Positions 1-14,400 of a DNA stretch of 64,000 nt are shown here, in pieces. Position numbers and translations under genes: made by a program. The notes beneath the pieces are model-generated. The model searched no databases. It was not told the origin of the DNA and was given only the letters and a program-made list of their open reading frames with translations. The number at the start of each line of letters is the position of its first letter. Within the stretch, counting starts at the first letter, position 1. The DNA comes from Scyliorhinus canicula (taxonomy: Eukaryota): assembly GCF_902713615.1 (NCBI RefSeq), contig NC_052164.1, forward strand, positions 83,303,830 through 83,367,829, read 5' to 3'.

Positions 1-344
1 CCACCCTCCAAAGACAAGCTGGTAAAAAATGTTATGCTAAACAGCCCATAATTCTTTACACAATTGCTTGCAATGCTTGCTTGCAAGATGATATTGTGTT
101 TGTTTAATTTGCCAATCAGTTGAAATAGGTTGATTATTGGATGGTGAAAAAATAATAAATAGCATTAGGATTCCGCCGGAGTGAAAAAGCATTGCTATTC
201 TTCCACTATTCACTTTCAAAAGCTTTATTAATTTTTTAAACCTCTTTGATCCCCTTGGCCTTCACTGTTTCATTGATTAAAGTCTGAAAGTTTTTTATTG
301 TTTTAATATCAATAACATTTCACTTTTGGTATCAGTTTTTTTTA

Positions 345-551
345 ATTTAGAGAACCTAATTCATTTTTGTTTTACAATTTAAGGGGCAATTTTGCATGGC
401 CAATTCACCTACCCTGCACATCTTTGGGTTGTGGGGGCGAGACCCACGCAGTCATGTGGAGAATGTGCAATCTCCACATGGACAGTGACCTGGGGCCGGG
501 ATCGATCCAGGGTCCTCGGTGCCGATGGCAACACTGCGCCACCATGCCACC
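345..551 (-). mobile_element. Short HE1-related SINE
   Basis: CCCACAACCCAAAGATGTGCAGGGTAGGTG...GCCCCTTAA...CTCTAAA family. Related copies at 10690-10915(+), 25524-25710(+), 26432-26640(-), 32843-33055(+), 50275-50392(+), 51600-51790(+). Confidence 0.8.
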
Positions 552-1770
552 CTATTTTTGGTATCAATTCCGGTGAATTTCCACCATGCTCTTTCAATTA
601 CTCCAATATCCTTCCTGCATGGGGTGCCTGTAAATGTACTCTGTGGTGTAATTACTGAGTTTTAAAACATTATTTTTATTTAATACCCTATTGTACATAG
701 TTACACACAGAATTTTGTTTTCAAAAGTGCTCTGCCGGCCCTTGAATGAGCATAATAAACAGTTGCAACAGAAGATGGGTGTCGGCCATTTAGCTCCTCT
801 AGTCTGTTCTGCCATTGAGTTAGGTCATGAGTGGATTGCTCCTCAATGCTATTTAATTGTCTTTCTCAACAAAAAATATTGGGGAAAGCGTTTCATCCTT
901 TGTGGGTGGGGGGAGGGTTCCAATTATTTTGAAACCAAGATACTGTTACTAGACCTGTAAAATGTATTGCTAAGAAAAAGCACAAGTGATTCAACTTTCT
1001 TGTTTGTGAAGTACTCTTAATCATTATCTCATTACTCCTGGCGCCAGTGACCATCAGTCCTTCATTGCAAAGTTACGCAACTTCAATACAGATTCAACTA
1101 AAGATTTGAATTGCAAAATTAGTAACCATACTAGTTACTTTTTTACAGTTGGGGATACAAAGTTTCACATGCCTGTCAGAATGCTTTACTAAAATCAAGA
1201 ATACTTTGAAGTAGGAAAATATTTTGAACACAACTTTAGTGAGTGGATAGGATGATTGTTTTAACATCATTAGCACTCATGTAAATTTTAACGCTTTTTC
1301 AAAACATTTAGATAAACAGTTTGATGTTTTACATATTTTTATTCCTTTGAACATTAGAACAGTTACATCTTTGGCTTTGTTGACTGGATTTTGCCAATTG
1401 ATAAAATGCAAGATTATGGTAATAGATTATCACCCCCGAGGTTATCAATGCATTGTCACAAATTTGTTGATTTGTATGCTGGCACCTAGTCTAGCCTGTA
1501 TAGGACTCACTAATGCCACTAACTCACCATTAGAACTGTAATAGTTTAAGGAGGAGACCCCATTGGGATTGGCAGTAAGGTTAACCTTGCCTATGTTTGT
1601 TATGTTACTATGGAAGAAAAAATTATGATTTATAAATGGTAGCAAATGTCAGTAGATATGGAAATGGAGCTGTGGTAATAATCAACACCAGAGGAAAAAT
1701 TTCAAATCACCTGAACATCTTTCAAAGGTGAGCTCACATTAATGTTTCGTTTTTTTTCCTCCAAATTTAG

Positions 1771-1935
1771 GTACTTTCTAAGAGCAACCATCAGCCGTAG
1801 ATTGAATGATATTGCAAAGGAGATGGATATTGTCGTTCACACCCTCAGTACCTACCCTGAGATGAACTCATCTATAAAAATGGAAGTTGGGATTGAAGAC
1901 TGCCTGCACATTGAATTTGAATACAACAAGTCAAA
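1771..1935 (+). CDS. VPS26B: VPS26B (retromer subunit), internal coding exon; upstream exons lie outside the window
   Basis: tttag|G acceptor and AA|gtatgt donor, 165 bp. Encodes YFLRATISRRLNDIAKEMDIVVHTLSTYPEMNSSIKMEVGIEDCLHIEFEYNKSK, recognisably VPS26B. Confidence 0.95.
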
Positions 1936-3206
1936 GTATGTACAGTGAAATCCTGTTGTAGGCAGTAGTTTGGAGAAAAAAGCTGCATATAACCAGACAT
2001 GCCCATGGGACGTATATTGGTATTGACTGGGTCTGGATTAAGACTGGAACTTGTTCAACCAAGGTATCTGACATCTGGTTATTTCTAAGTCACATGCATG
2101 TAGAATCCATTTCAGTAATGCATGCTTTAATGCATAGCTCTAAATATGGGTTCAAGTTCTGATGCAACAAAAGCAGAAAGGTGCTGGTATTGGCATTGCC
2201 ACCTTGGACAGTTAGGAGGAAAGCAGCCACGTTTCTGCCTACTGATTGCTGTGTTGCCATTGGATTACTAGACTCCAAGAGATGATCAAGCTCACTTGTG
2301 ATTTTGCCCAACCCCAGATTGGCTCTTGTGTAGAGCGGACATTTCTCTTGTGTAGAGTGGGTGCTTTATACCCTAGCATGAGTCTCAATCTTTGGGGAAT
2401 GGGCTAACATATAATCGGCCTTTAATAATTAGGTGATGTCTGACTTGTATGCAGTCTAATGGCTCAAATGGACTGCTGAGATCAGGTCAGAAACATGACT
2501 ATAAATGTGGTAGCAAATCCCAACATGATTGAGTGCTGCATGTAACATGAGTGACTTAGGGTGAGATTGTTAACTCCCTCAAGACCCATCCACTTATACA
2601 GAGGTTAAAATCAGGCCCTTAGATGCAATCATTAACTAGTTAGAAATGTTTCTCCCCACGTGCAACAGCCATAAGCTTATCTGGATATATGCAAGTTTTT
2701 TTCCCCCTTCAGAATTGTTTTGCATACAAGAGGATTTCACTGTTTGTGGATTTGACTGTAGTTGAAATGACATGTACTTCCATGCAACATTGAAGGAACA
2801 TCAAAGTCTCAGTTGGATTCTTGGGGGTAATTCTTACTTTTGCTGGTATAGAATTAACTACCTATCGCATAACCTGTCTAATATCCGTTTCCAGTGAAGT
2901 CACTGGAATGTAGAATTGGGCGAGGCTTGTAATGGGTGGTCAGTTCAATATCACCCATTTTACAATATCCAAAGTAAAAATTGCCCCCTTTGTCCTTTTC
3001 CATTTAAGTTAGATAATGAACTGGCAAAATGGGAATAGTGTATATCTCTTGAAGACCAAAGTGAAATCCATCTTAACAGAAATGATATTGCCTTTTGCAT
3101 AGATATGATTTTAAGATCTTGTGCTTTAGATGTGAATATATTTACTTTACCAGCAGCAGCTTTGTTCATGTTCAAGTAGACTTTGACCAAATAACCTGAG
3201 TGAATA

Positions 3207-3528
3207 TAGAACATACAGTGCAGAAGGAGGCCATTCGACCCATCGAGTCTGCATCGACCCCCTTAAGCCCTCACTTCCACCCTATCCCCGTAACCCAATA
3301 ACCCCTCCTAACCTTTTCTTTGGTCACTAAGGGCAATTTATCATGGCCAATCCACCTAATCTGCACGTCTTTGGACTGTGGGAGGAAACTGGAGCACCCG
3401 GAGGAAACCCACGCAGACACTGGGAGAACGTGCAGACTCCGCACAGACAGTGACCCAGCGGGGAATCGAACCTGGGACCCTGGCGCTGTGATGCCACAGT
3501 GCTATCCACTTGTGCTACCATGCTGCCC
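3207..3528 (-). mobile_element. HE1-like V-SINE with a CR1-derived tail
   Basis: tRNA-like head GGGCAGCATGGTAGCAC with B box GGTTCGATTCC; V domain GGTTTCCTCCGGGTGCTCC; tail GGCCTCCTTCTGCACTGTATGTTCTA. Confidence 0.88.
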
Positions 3529-6500
3529 ACACAAGTGATACAAGTCGTTTCTTTACTAGACTATAAATGCAAACCTGATCAATTAACTGCTGGTTCAAAA
3601 CATTGTCTATTAGCATACCAAGTCATGGAATTGAGCTCCTTCACTGTGCTGAGATTCCAGTTTTGGTTGCTGTGGACACTGTTGCTGAATTGAGCCTGAT
3701 GAAAACCACCTTAAAGTGCTAATGACTGCCCCAGTTGCAGTGTAAAAAGGGCCCGGGAACTAATCACTTGTGTTTCCTCAGCTGTAGGAAATAGTCTATC
3801 CCAGCAGGAGTTTAAAAATTCATGTACAGTAAGATTTCTTCGCCCTATTAAAAACAACAAACTAAAGCAAATGAGCTATCTACTTTACCATTTTCATCAA
3901 CAGCTTACTTAGGTGGTGTTGAATTTCCCTGTGATTCTCAAAACTAGAAATAATTAAATAAAATTTCATTAATAAAGTGGACCCAAGTCCTGCTCCAAGA
4001 AACTATTGGCTGAAATGAACTTACGTGTAAACTTACTGATGTCTGTCATTTTGTTTATTTCACTCTTTCTTGCTTAGTTCAAGTTCTTTAGGAACCATTT
4101 TGTTTCCAACCTCTTCACAGCCTTGATCCAGAAATGGATGCAAGAGTTGAATACCAGAGAAGAACTGCGAATAGCTTCCAAGGCATCGAGGAACCTGCAT
4201 AAAAATAAGGTTTTTAAGTGTCAAGGAGAGAACTGCCTAGCTGGGGACTTGACATAAAGAAATGTAGTCATGGTTTTGGTGGTCAGTTGTCAGATATAAG
4301 ACATCACTGCAGAAAGTGTCTCTGGTAAACCCACCATTAGCTGCTTCATTATTGATCTTGCCTACCGCACAAGGTCACTTTATTTCTGATTTCCCATGGC
4401 TGAGCTCCATTCAATTCTTGAAAATTAAGAAGCCTGTACAAACCTACATCTGAATCTGGAAAACATCCAGGTTTGGGTTAGCAAGTGGCACCATGTAAAT
4501 GTCAGGTAGTGGCCTAGCAACATCCCTGACCTTCAACAGCACCATTACTGCCAGTTTCACCACTGTTAACATTCTGGGGATCATAATAATCGCTTATCGT
4601 CACAAGTGGGCTTCAATTAAGTTACTGTGAAAAGCCCCTAGTCGACACATTCCAGTGCCTGTTCAGGGAGGCCGGTACGGGAATTGAACCCGTGCTGCTG
4701 GTCTTGTTCTGCATTACAAGCCAGCTGTTTAGCCCATTGTGCTAAACCATCCCCTGGTTCCCAGCCTCTCAATTTGACCAGGCATACCAACATAACAGTT
4801 ACAAGAGCACAGTAGAGAGAGGGTGGATACGCTGTGGTGAGTGGCTCATCTCCCAATCCTTCAAAACCTAAGGACAGTCAACAAGGCTCAACTCAGCAAT
4901 GTGATGGAATACGCACTACATGTCTGGATGTAATCACAACAGGCAAGAAGTTCAACACTACCCAAATCAAACAGTCCTTACTCCCATTCCTGCCACCCTT
5001 TCTGAAGAATGAGCTGCAACAGAAACCCCACCAAGAGTGAAACCACCAAGAATGAGCCGAGCTGCCGGATCATGAGAATGCTATCAATTTTAAGGTCCCG
5101 TACAGATTGAAGCCCAACTTAACGTTTGCTTGGGCATATACTGTCACTATTCCTTCATTGCTGGCTCAAAATCCCAGAATTCCCTACCGTACACCATTGC
5201 AAGTGTGCCACCACTACAAGTCCTGCAGCAGATCAAGAAGAGGATTCACCAGTAGCTTCTTGGGGATGGATAATAAAAAAAGTAGCATTATTAGTACCAC
5301 CCATAAATGTGGAATTTGAGTCACAATGAATGTTCTGTACAAAACAACTGTTGTGCATGATCTGTAGTTCTAAAGTATAAAACAGTGATACAGTTCAGTA
5401 GAATATGCTTCCCATTAATTTAGTCCAAAATGTCAACTTTATCCATGCTGTGATGGTTCGTGAAAATTTGTGCAATTGAATTTTCCTCCCTTCTAAATTG
5501 GTAGTTTTAATCATGTCTACTTCAAAATATGCCACGGTTTTTTCATTTTCTTACATGGCACATCATTTTGCTAGTTGTTTTGTTATTATGAAGCCTTTAA
5601 GCATAACTGTAAAGCCAGAAACTACATGCTGACTTTGCAGGTTGGTGTACAGATGAGGCAAATTAAATGCCTTCATTTTTAATGTCTTGCTGAGTGAAGA
5701 AACCACCTTGGGTCCACTGCATTGATAATTTACTTGTGTTGTAGCCTAAGATTTAATTTTGCTTGCACATCTTCTTAACTGCATTCTTTTTGAGGTTTAA
5801 AACAAGCCTGTTTTTGAAAAGTGTGTATGAGATACTGTGGACAGGATTCTCTGTCCTGCCGCACCAGATTTCCATTGCGGTGGTTAGTTGGTCATTTCAC
5901 ATGTGTGCAATTAATTTTTAGATTCACTTGTGTGAAATATCAAAGGGACTAAAACAATACTACTGTCCAGAGAATAATGTTTATGCTTTATGAACACCCA
6001 CACTTAAGCATAGCTGCTAAGAGGTAATCGATTGCTAAATTTTGCCAGGTCTCTCTGCTTTTGAACACTTGACATTGGAATGCTTTGTCTTGGCATGTTA
6101 ATCCACGGTTTTGTAACTGATAATATAGATGTTCATCGAGCAGTTTAGGCTGGATTTGAACCATTGTCCCAAAGGTGACAGGTTATTGTTTAGTCCACTG
6201 CCATCTAGTTCTTTTTTTTTAAGAAGGCATAATCATTAAAACTTTTTAAAGACTTAAGATAATTAAGCAAATCGCACATTTAGAAGGAATTCAGTGTATT
6301 GAGATTCTACTTCTGACGGCAGCAGTACTAATGAATCAATCGTTGTTCAAAAGTGCACTCAAATTCTTAGCGGTCATATTGTGCAATAAATTATGTGTGC
6401 ACTCTGAAAACTGACCGGTCTTGCACTGCTTATAAAGTGTTAAACTGTTGAGAATTGCAACACCGCTTCTTTCTTATTTAGCATTTTCGTTCAGAGGATG

Positions 6501-6665
6501 ATACTTAAATGGCTTCATAGATTTATTTGTCTCTTGCGGTATATTTTTCTATAAAATTCTAATATAAAAGTGGACATAATATTTTGCAATCAGCAAAGGA
6601 AATTGAAATCCAACATGAAAACCGCTAAGTGATTGTACAAGTCCTTGCACCTCTTCTAATTCTAG

Positions 6666-6841
6666 GTACCATTTGAAGGATGTCATTGTGGGAAAGATCT
6701 ATTTCTTACTGGTTCGGATCAAGATCAAACATATGGAGATTGACATCATAAAAAGGGAAACTACAGGAACTGGACCAAACGTGTTTCATGAAAACGACAC
6801 AATAGCAAAGTATGAAATAATGGATGGAGCCCCAGTCCGAG
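6666..6841 (+). CDS. VPS26B: VPS26B coding exon
   Basis: tctag|G ... G|gtgggt, 176 bp. Encodes YHLKDVIVGKIYFLLVRIKIKHMEIDIIKRETTGTGPNVFHENDTIAKYEIMDGAPVR; phases join the flanking exons. Confidence 0.95.
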
Positions 6842-8135
6842 GTGGGTAGTGAAGCTCTTGAGCAAAACCTTATTTGCACTTTCTCTACAACAACAACACT
6901 GTCTTTCTGGCCAATTTACTTTAACAGTTATATCTTGGAGCCAAACTGAATGAACGTTGGCCGATGTGTACTAGAACAGCCTGAATAACTCCATGAAAAT
7001 ATTTCATCTTTTTTCTAATTTTGAAAAATATTCCTCTTAAGTCTTTCGTTCTTAACGTTTCAGTCCTTACCAACAGCAAGGAATCGCTGAAAGAACAACT
7101 CCAAAATAACTTTTTTTAAAAGTTAATTTTTTCAACTTATATTTCACAGGTCTGAAGGAATCCAATTTGGATTGTGGCTATGTAGTCTGATATGGTTAGT
7201 GTAGTCGGTGGGAATTGCACTGGAGTCCAGCAGTGCTCAATGTTCGGGCTGCTATGCTTCAACATTTTAGGAAATAATCTGAAAGAGGGTACTAGTAGTT
7301 CCATCCCAGTATTTGCAGGTGACACACACCTAGTATGATTAACGTAGTGAAGGATGTGCTTGAGCTACGTGAGGTGTGAGGAATTTGGATGGTGGGTAGG
7401 CAATTGACAAATGCAGTTTAATTTAAGCTGTTTATAATTTAGGGGTTTGGGCAGTGTTGGAAAAAACAGTATTTACTACCCATCCCTGGTGCACAAAGCA
7501 CTTTAGGGAATTTTCTCCCCAGGATAGATCCAGACAGGACTCTGCCTGCACTAAATAATACTGTGTATGTCTTGAAAGGATAGCGTTAACTGGTCAGATT
7601 CTCAGATAAAGGATGGTAATTTTGTGAAGTGCAGGAATGCCACCACTGTCCATAGACCTGCACCCAGCATTAATCACTGCTTTGATGAAGTCTACAGTAG
7701 CTTCAGTGTTGCATCCAATAAGTGCACGCAGATAGGTATGGCTAGATCGGTTGAAAAGGGATCGGCTTATGAGGTCAACTGTCCTTGAAAATTCCTGTGT
7801 TCGTAAATGTGGTAAATTAAGTTTGACAATCCACATCTTTCACTTTGTAGTGGTGGTTTGAATCACTTGTAATATTCCAGTGCTACTGATCCAATTAAGT
7901 ATGGTGTTACAATATTGTATCAAAAAGCAGGGAGTATTGTAATCTGCTTTGCTGCTAGTTCAACAAGTAACGGGCATGAGTGGTCTCACATTGGACCAAA
8001 AACCAGAAAAGCTGCACTTCCAATTTTAACGCGGATCAGGGCTTTAATACCTCTTGCTGCCTATTTAATACATTGCCAAAAATATATATGTAATATTCAA
8101 TTTGTGCAGAGCTTTTTTTCATTTTTTTTTGTTAG

Positions 8136-8278
8136 GTGAGTCCATTCCTATCAGGCTTTTTCTGGCTGGATATGAGTTGACTCCAACTATGAGGGATATC
8201 AACAAAAAATTCTCTGTACGATACTACCTCAATCTTGTTCTTATTGATGAGGAGGAAAGGAGATATTTCAAACAGCAG
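8136..8278 (+). CDS. VPS26B: VPS26B coding exon
   Basis: Poly-T tract + ttag| acceptor, CAG|gtaagt donor, 143 bp. Encodes GESIPIRLFLAGYELTPTMRDINKKFSVRYYLNLVLIDEEERRYFKQQ. Confidence 0.96.
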
Positions 8279-8493
8279 GTAAGTACTAGTTAATGTAGTC
8301 ATTGAGTAATGAAGATACCCCATCTATTAGCATACCCAATTTATACTGGTAAATATTTCAGAATATATCTCATTTGATCTGGTTTATCATTTTAAAACAA
8401 ATGCATATACTCTTGAAGAAGCAGGATTCTGGATGTGAAGGGGCCATTTCACCTCCTATTGCCAGAGTCACAGCAGCTGTAATTGAAAACTAT

Positions 8494-8612
8494 GGCCGGG
8501 ATTTTCTGGTTCCTGCCTAAGGTGGGAATTTTCATGAACAGGACAGAAAATTTGACGGAACAAAAATCCGCTGACTTTGGGTGGGAATTCATGGGATCAG
8601 AAAATCCTGGCC
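8494..8612. mobile_element. Small MITE (Harbinger-like)
   Basis: TIRs GGCCGGGATTTTCTG / CAGAAAATCCTGGCC; 3-bp TSD TAT. Confidence 0.7.
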
Positions 8613-10365
8613 TATGACTTTTACAGAGTTATCCCCGTGATAGTGTTCTATGGTTTTATATGCACCTGTTGTGTTTTTTCTACAAGGTGAAACTATTTGG
8701 ATACAGGTGTATTTTTAAAAAAATAATAATAATAATAATCTCCACAGAAGTAACATTTTTCTGCACAGGTTTAGAACATTCTTCCCCCTAACCTCCATGA
8801 CCACTTTTCTCACGTGGTTGGAGATTGTGAATCTAACTAAAACCAACACAATATCTGTACCTTCAATGGGAAAGTTGATAAACTCCATTAAAATAATAAT
8901 TTCATACTATATTTATCACCTTTTTCATTGATAATTTGTAAATTGACAGAAAATAAAAAGGTTTCATAAGCAATCCAAAGTTAACCTGCTGACTGTACAA
9001 AATAACCTTTTTTTCCAAACCAATGTTTCGATGTATAGAAGTTTTTTCTTATTTATTCATGGGATGTGGGTGTCACTGGCTAGGCCAGCATTTATTGCCC
9101 ATCCCTAATTGCCCTTGAACTGAGTGGCTTGCCAGGACATTTCAGAGGACATTTAAGAGTCAACCGCATTGCTGTGTGTCTAGAGTCACATGTAAGCCGA
9201 ACTGGGTAAAGATGGTAGATTTCCTTCCCTAAAGGCCATTAGTGAATTGATGGGAAAGAGAAAATGCTGGAAAATCTTAGCAGGTCTGCTGAGATTTTCC
9301 AGTATTTTCTCTTTCCTTTCAGATTGCAGCATCCGCAGTAATTTGCTTTTATCCAGTGAACCAGATGGGTTTTTATGATAATCTACAATGGTTTCATGGT
9401 CATTTCCATATTTTTATTGAATTCAAATTTCACCATCTGCTGTGATGAGATTCAAACCTGGGTCCTAGAGCATTACTCTGGGTGTCTGGATTACTAATCC
9501 AGCGACAATGCCACTTCCTCCCCTATGGCCGGGATTATACATTCTTAAATAGATTAAGACAAAGAAAAAATTGGCTTAACCATAGAATTGGCCTGAACTA
9601 TTAGTATGGTTTAAACTAGAGTGAGTGATTGCTCTTGCCTTTGCATTGTACCCTTAAGTGGTTCTATAAGACTGGTTGTAAGGGCTTCCAAGAAACGTCC
9701 CTCTGCGATATCTACTGCAGGCAGATACTTCAAAATAGCTCAGGCAAGCTAAATTGTTACGGCTCGAGGCGCTACTCCACAGGTGCAGCAACTTTCATCT
9801 AGTTGATGCCTCTCACTTTGTGGCTTTTGTTGAAAGCAACTGTGTCAACTGCTTACCATGGAGGTTCTTTGCAAATTAAATGCAAGCCACAGACTGCATG
9901 GAGGATTCTGTAGTGTGACCATTTTCATCTGGCCTTTCTCTTAAAATTGAACCGTAAAAAGTGCTTAAAACATTGGAGTTGTCTTTGGTTAGATTATGTT
10001 CAGAAATCAGTTGGTAATTATTAGAAATGTATCAGCTAGGACATGCAACTGTTTCTCTTGCGTTTGTAATCTGTGAAAGATCCTACTCCATTGGTACACT
10101 ACAGAACTTTTTATTAATTACTATATTTTGCAAATTGTGCGTATTTTAACATAAGTAAAATGTAGTCGATACACGCTCCATCGGACCGCAAATTTCATGC
10201 ACTATCCTCACCAATGACTGGTCGTATTAATTCCTGGGAGAAACAATTGCTGCCAGACATTCAGCAATAAAATAAGTTCCAGTGAAAGTGATTACCTGTA
10301 AGTCATCAACAGACATACTTAACTAGCCACCTAATTTCTCCTCTGCCGTCTGAGTAATCTATTTG

Positions 10366-10915
10366 GTGGCACGGTAGCACAGTGGGTAGCACTGCTGCTT
10401 TACAGCTCTAGGGTCCCAGGTTCAATTCCAGGCTTGGGTCACTGTCTGTGCGGATTATGCACGTTCTCCTTGTATCTGCTTGGGTTTCCTCCAGGTGTTC
10501 TGGTTTCCTCCCACAAGTCCCAAAAATCGTGCTGTTAGGTAATTTGGACATTGAATTTTCCCTCTGTACCCGAACAATTGGCGGAATGTGGTGACTAGAG
10601 TCTTTTCGCAGTAACTTCATTGTAGTGTTAATGTAAGTCTACTTGTGACAATAAAGATTATTATTATTATCTTCATGAAATTGTATTTCAACTGGTGGCA
10701 CAGTGGTTAGCACTTCTGCCTCACGACACTGAGGACCCGGGGTTCGATCCCGGCTCCGGGCCACTGTCCATGTGGACTTTGCACATTCTCCCAGTGTCTG
10801 CATGGGTCTTGCCCCCACAACCCAAAGATGTGCAGGGTAGGTGAATTGGCAACATTAAATTCTAAATTGCCTCTTAATTCGCAAAAAATGAATTGGATAC
10901 TCTAAATCTATAGGA
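10366..10915 (+). mobile_element. Two adjacent SINEs: V-SINE with CTTGTGACAATAAAG(ATT)n tail (10366-10670) and short HE1-related SINE (10690-10915)
   Basis: tRNA-like heads with B boxes; the first has a sibling at ~43995-44265. Confidence 0.8.
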
Positions 10916-11314
10916 AAAAAAAAGAAAAATAAGACAGACCACTGCTGTGAACTTGAATTGTGAAACACATTTTGTAGTGTAGCTACCAAACAGAGGTATC
11001 TTTGGTCATGGGGGAACTCGGCACTATAAGTTGGCTTTCTCAACCGCATTTAATTCAGGGCAGTTGACATCATTTAAATTCAGTAAACTTGATTTTGTTT
11101 CTTCCATGTTTTATTAGGATACTTTAGAGAGAACAATGTTATATAGAGCCTCTTTAATATTAATGACGTTTCTTGTGTATAGTGTTAATGTTCTCCAGTA
11201 ATAGTTTTTAAACTATATTTTCCCCTGGAAGCACAACATCATTTTAATGTCATGAAGTAATGGTGACAGAAATCTGCTTGTGTGCCTTGTGTCACTTCTT
11301 TTTCTTATATATAG

Positions 11315-11452
11315 GAAATCACTTTGTGGCGAAAAGGCGATATTGTTCGAAAAAGTATGTCCCATCAAGCAGCCATTGCATCACAGCGTTACGAAGGATC
11401 GGCAAATACTGGAAACAAACCATCGGTACAAAATCAGGATGAAGATAACTAG
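11315..11452 (+). CDS. VPS26B: VPS26B last coding exon, followed by a long AT-rich putative 3' UTR
   Basis: atag| acceptor. Encodes EITLWRKGDIVRKSMSHQAAIASQRYEGSANTGNKPSVQNQDEDN*; the RKSMSHQAAIASQR tail is diagnostic of the B paralog. Confidence 0.95.
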   Translation, partial: EITLWRKGDIVRKSMSHQAAIASQRYEGSANTGNKPSVQNQDEDN

Positions 11453-14400
11453 CCCCGTTTTTGTCAGTCTAGGCAGCTAGATTAATAACATAACCTACAA
11501 AAAAAATCAATGGCAGAGAAATTAGTTTGTTTCACGTTGACCCAATTCCCTGCAGAATACTTCTTTGGGCAAGAGAAGATGGGACTGAAATGTATAGGGT
11601 AGCCTTTGTGTTTTATCATTTGAGTTAATGCAGATTTTTATTTTACTTAAAACACATGGTGGAGCAATACCAAGCGAAGCTCAGAGTCAACTAGTCCCAA
11701 GTTCCGTTATTGTATTGTCTTCAAGCATGTGTAGTTTTTGTCCTATCATGAAGAGCACTTGAATCCAGCACTAGTTTATCAACCAGTTTTTTTTACTATG
11801 AAAAATTAGCCATTTCTTTTGAAAGGTTTTCACTTTAGGTTAATCCTACTATGATCAAACATTGGTATCTGCTTACGTATCCCAATTTGCACTGAATTCA
11901 GCTCTACACTCCACATCTCATACTAAATTCAGCCATTATTGTCTCTTTCCATCCCCACCAAACCCACAGGATGTTATTATGATATAATAATTATGCTTTA
12001 AAATTAAATTATCCGAATGTTTCCATTATTAATGCATGCAATGTCTTTGGCTGTTTCTATACATTTGTCCAAATGTATCTGTTCTCTAAACATTTGAAAG
12101 ATGGGCAAGTTTTGTATAAAAATTACACAATAGAAATTCTTTTTTAAGCATAAGGAAGGTGAGAGTATAGAATTTTACAACACAGGAGGATGACATTTGG
12201 CCATTGTGCCTCTGCTGTCTTTTTAAAAGAGCTATCCAATTAGTCCCATTGCCCAGCTGTTTTCTCCCAGTATTTAGCAAATCCCCTTTTGAAAGTTACT
12301 ATTGGTTCTGCTTTTGGTACCTTTTCAGGCAGTGAAGTCTAGATCACAACACATCTCACACCTTGTGCTGAAAATAGTTTTGGAGTCATGTATTTTCTTC
12401 TTCGTAGGAAAAAAACATTGTACATAAACTTCCAATGGCATAAAAATAGTTTAAGTAGAGAATTTCAATACATTCATTTTCCTCTGTAGAAATGGTGAAC
12501 AAATGTTAACATTCCATACAGATATCTTATTCCAATGTGCCATTTTAATGCTAGATATTTTACTCCCAAGCAGGACAGTTTATGGCACAAGTATATATGT
12601 TGTATTTGTCACACTATAAATACAATATCTGGATAGGTTCAAAGAAGCACGCGAGGTGGGATTTTGCACCTAAAAATAATGTTCATCTTAACACGGCAAG
12701 TGCTTTTAGTGTTTGTGGTAATTAACAGGCATTTTAAAGCAGGACTTACGCAAGGAACTTTGATTTAAGCATGCAATAGATTAGTGTTCAACATCCTAAA
12801 TTTGTCCATAGTACCATCTAAACTTAATTCAATGTACCCATTTTAAAATCAGCTAAGGTAGTTGCAGATGGGAAAGCCGGAAAATGGTTTCCAACTGCAT
12901 CAAAACATCTTGTGGTGTTAACTTTTGACTTTCTATCCTGAAAAAAGATTCTAGTTTCTGGACATTTTTTCAATTATTGTTATTTTATTTAAAGTTACAT
13001 ATTTAAACGTGTGTACTTAAGCACCATTATCAACTTTAAAAATCCGAGGCAGTCTAAAAGAGCATGCAGCCCTGCAGAGGATTTCTTAAAAGACAGATGA
13101 TCTGAAGCCATTACTTAATAAGCACACTCGGAAAAATGCAGTATTAATGATTGGTATTGGGCACTCTCTTAAATCCAAAAGAATAATTAATTTTATAAAT
13201 GATGTTCTCTTTTTGTTACTAACCAGATCATGTTTAATATGGGATGGTGTTCCATTTGTGTTTCCATTATTTTCTTAATGATCATGAAAACTTGTGGAAA
13301 ATGAAACTGTGATCGAATAATCTATTTAAATAATAGATACTACATTAATTCCAAGTCGGCTTCCAACTATAACAAGTGTTTCCTCTAGTCTCAGTCAACA
13401 GTACAAGGTACAAACTTGATAATCTGCTGGTTGCCAGATCAATGCCGAAGGATACTTGACGTTTCAATCAATCAGTCATTCAGATTTAGGAGTTCTGTTA
13501 GTTCTCAGCTATGTTGCTTAATTGGACCTTTGATCATTGCTAGCCGTCTCTATTCAGGAGAGGGGAAATGACTGATGTGCCACCCTAAATAAAAAGGGGA
13601 AACACTGGGTAACTGAATCGCAGAATAATAGAAATGTACAGCATGCAAAGAGGTCAGTCATCAATTGTGCAAGATGGAAGACTTCAGTACAAGAGCACCT
13701 CTTGATTTCTGAATTAGAGCCACTTTGATGGAAAAGTCAACAGCCTAGTTTGGAGCTATGTTTTTTTTTGGGTGGGTGGGTAATGACTATAAGCTAGGAA
13801 TTTGACTTTTGCAGGATGGGAAGGGAGAATGATACCATGAATGCTGCAGTCTTTGTATAATTTGTTTTTTGCATTTTTGTTGTAGTATACTGTAGCTTTC
13901 AAAATATTAAATTGTACTTCTAGACAAAATCCCTCTCAAGTTCATTGTCAGCCTAGTTCTAAAGAAAGCATCAGTTTGTCTTCAGACATTTTTTGTTTGT
14001 AAACTGAATTACAAACCAATGGTTTTGTCTTAATTATAAAGGTGTAATTTGAAGTGGAAAATATTTGGATGTGTCTCTCAGTAATTAAGTATCTGCCAAA
14101 AAGATCTTTCAGTATTTTTTAAATCTCCATACGTTTCCTGATCACAAAAGAAACAAATATTGCATGTTTTATTTTGAAGTCTAAATTATACTACAATCGT
14201 TTAATAACCTGATGGACTTGCTCCGTTTCAGCATTAACAGCAGAAAATTAACTAACTGATTACATCAGTATTCCATAACTAATTTTGTAGATGTTGGACT
14301 TATCAGTTGTCACCCTGCTTTTGTTACATTATAAAACTTGATGTCACTTCAGTTGAAACCAGTTTATTACTAACAATTTGAACTTTTGGATATAAATTCT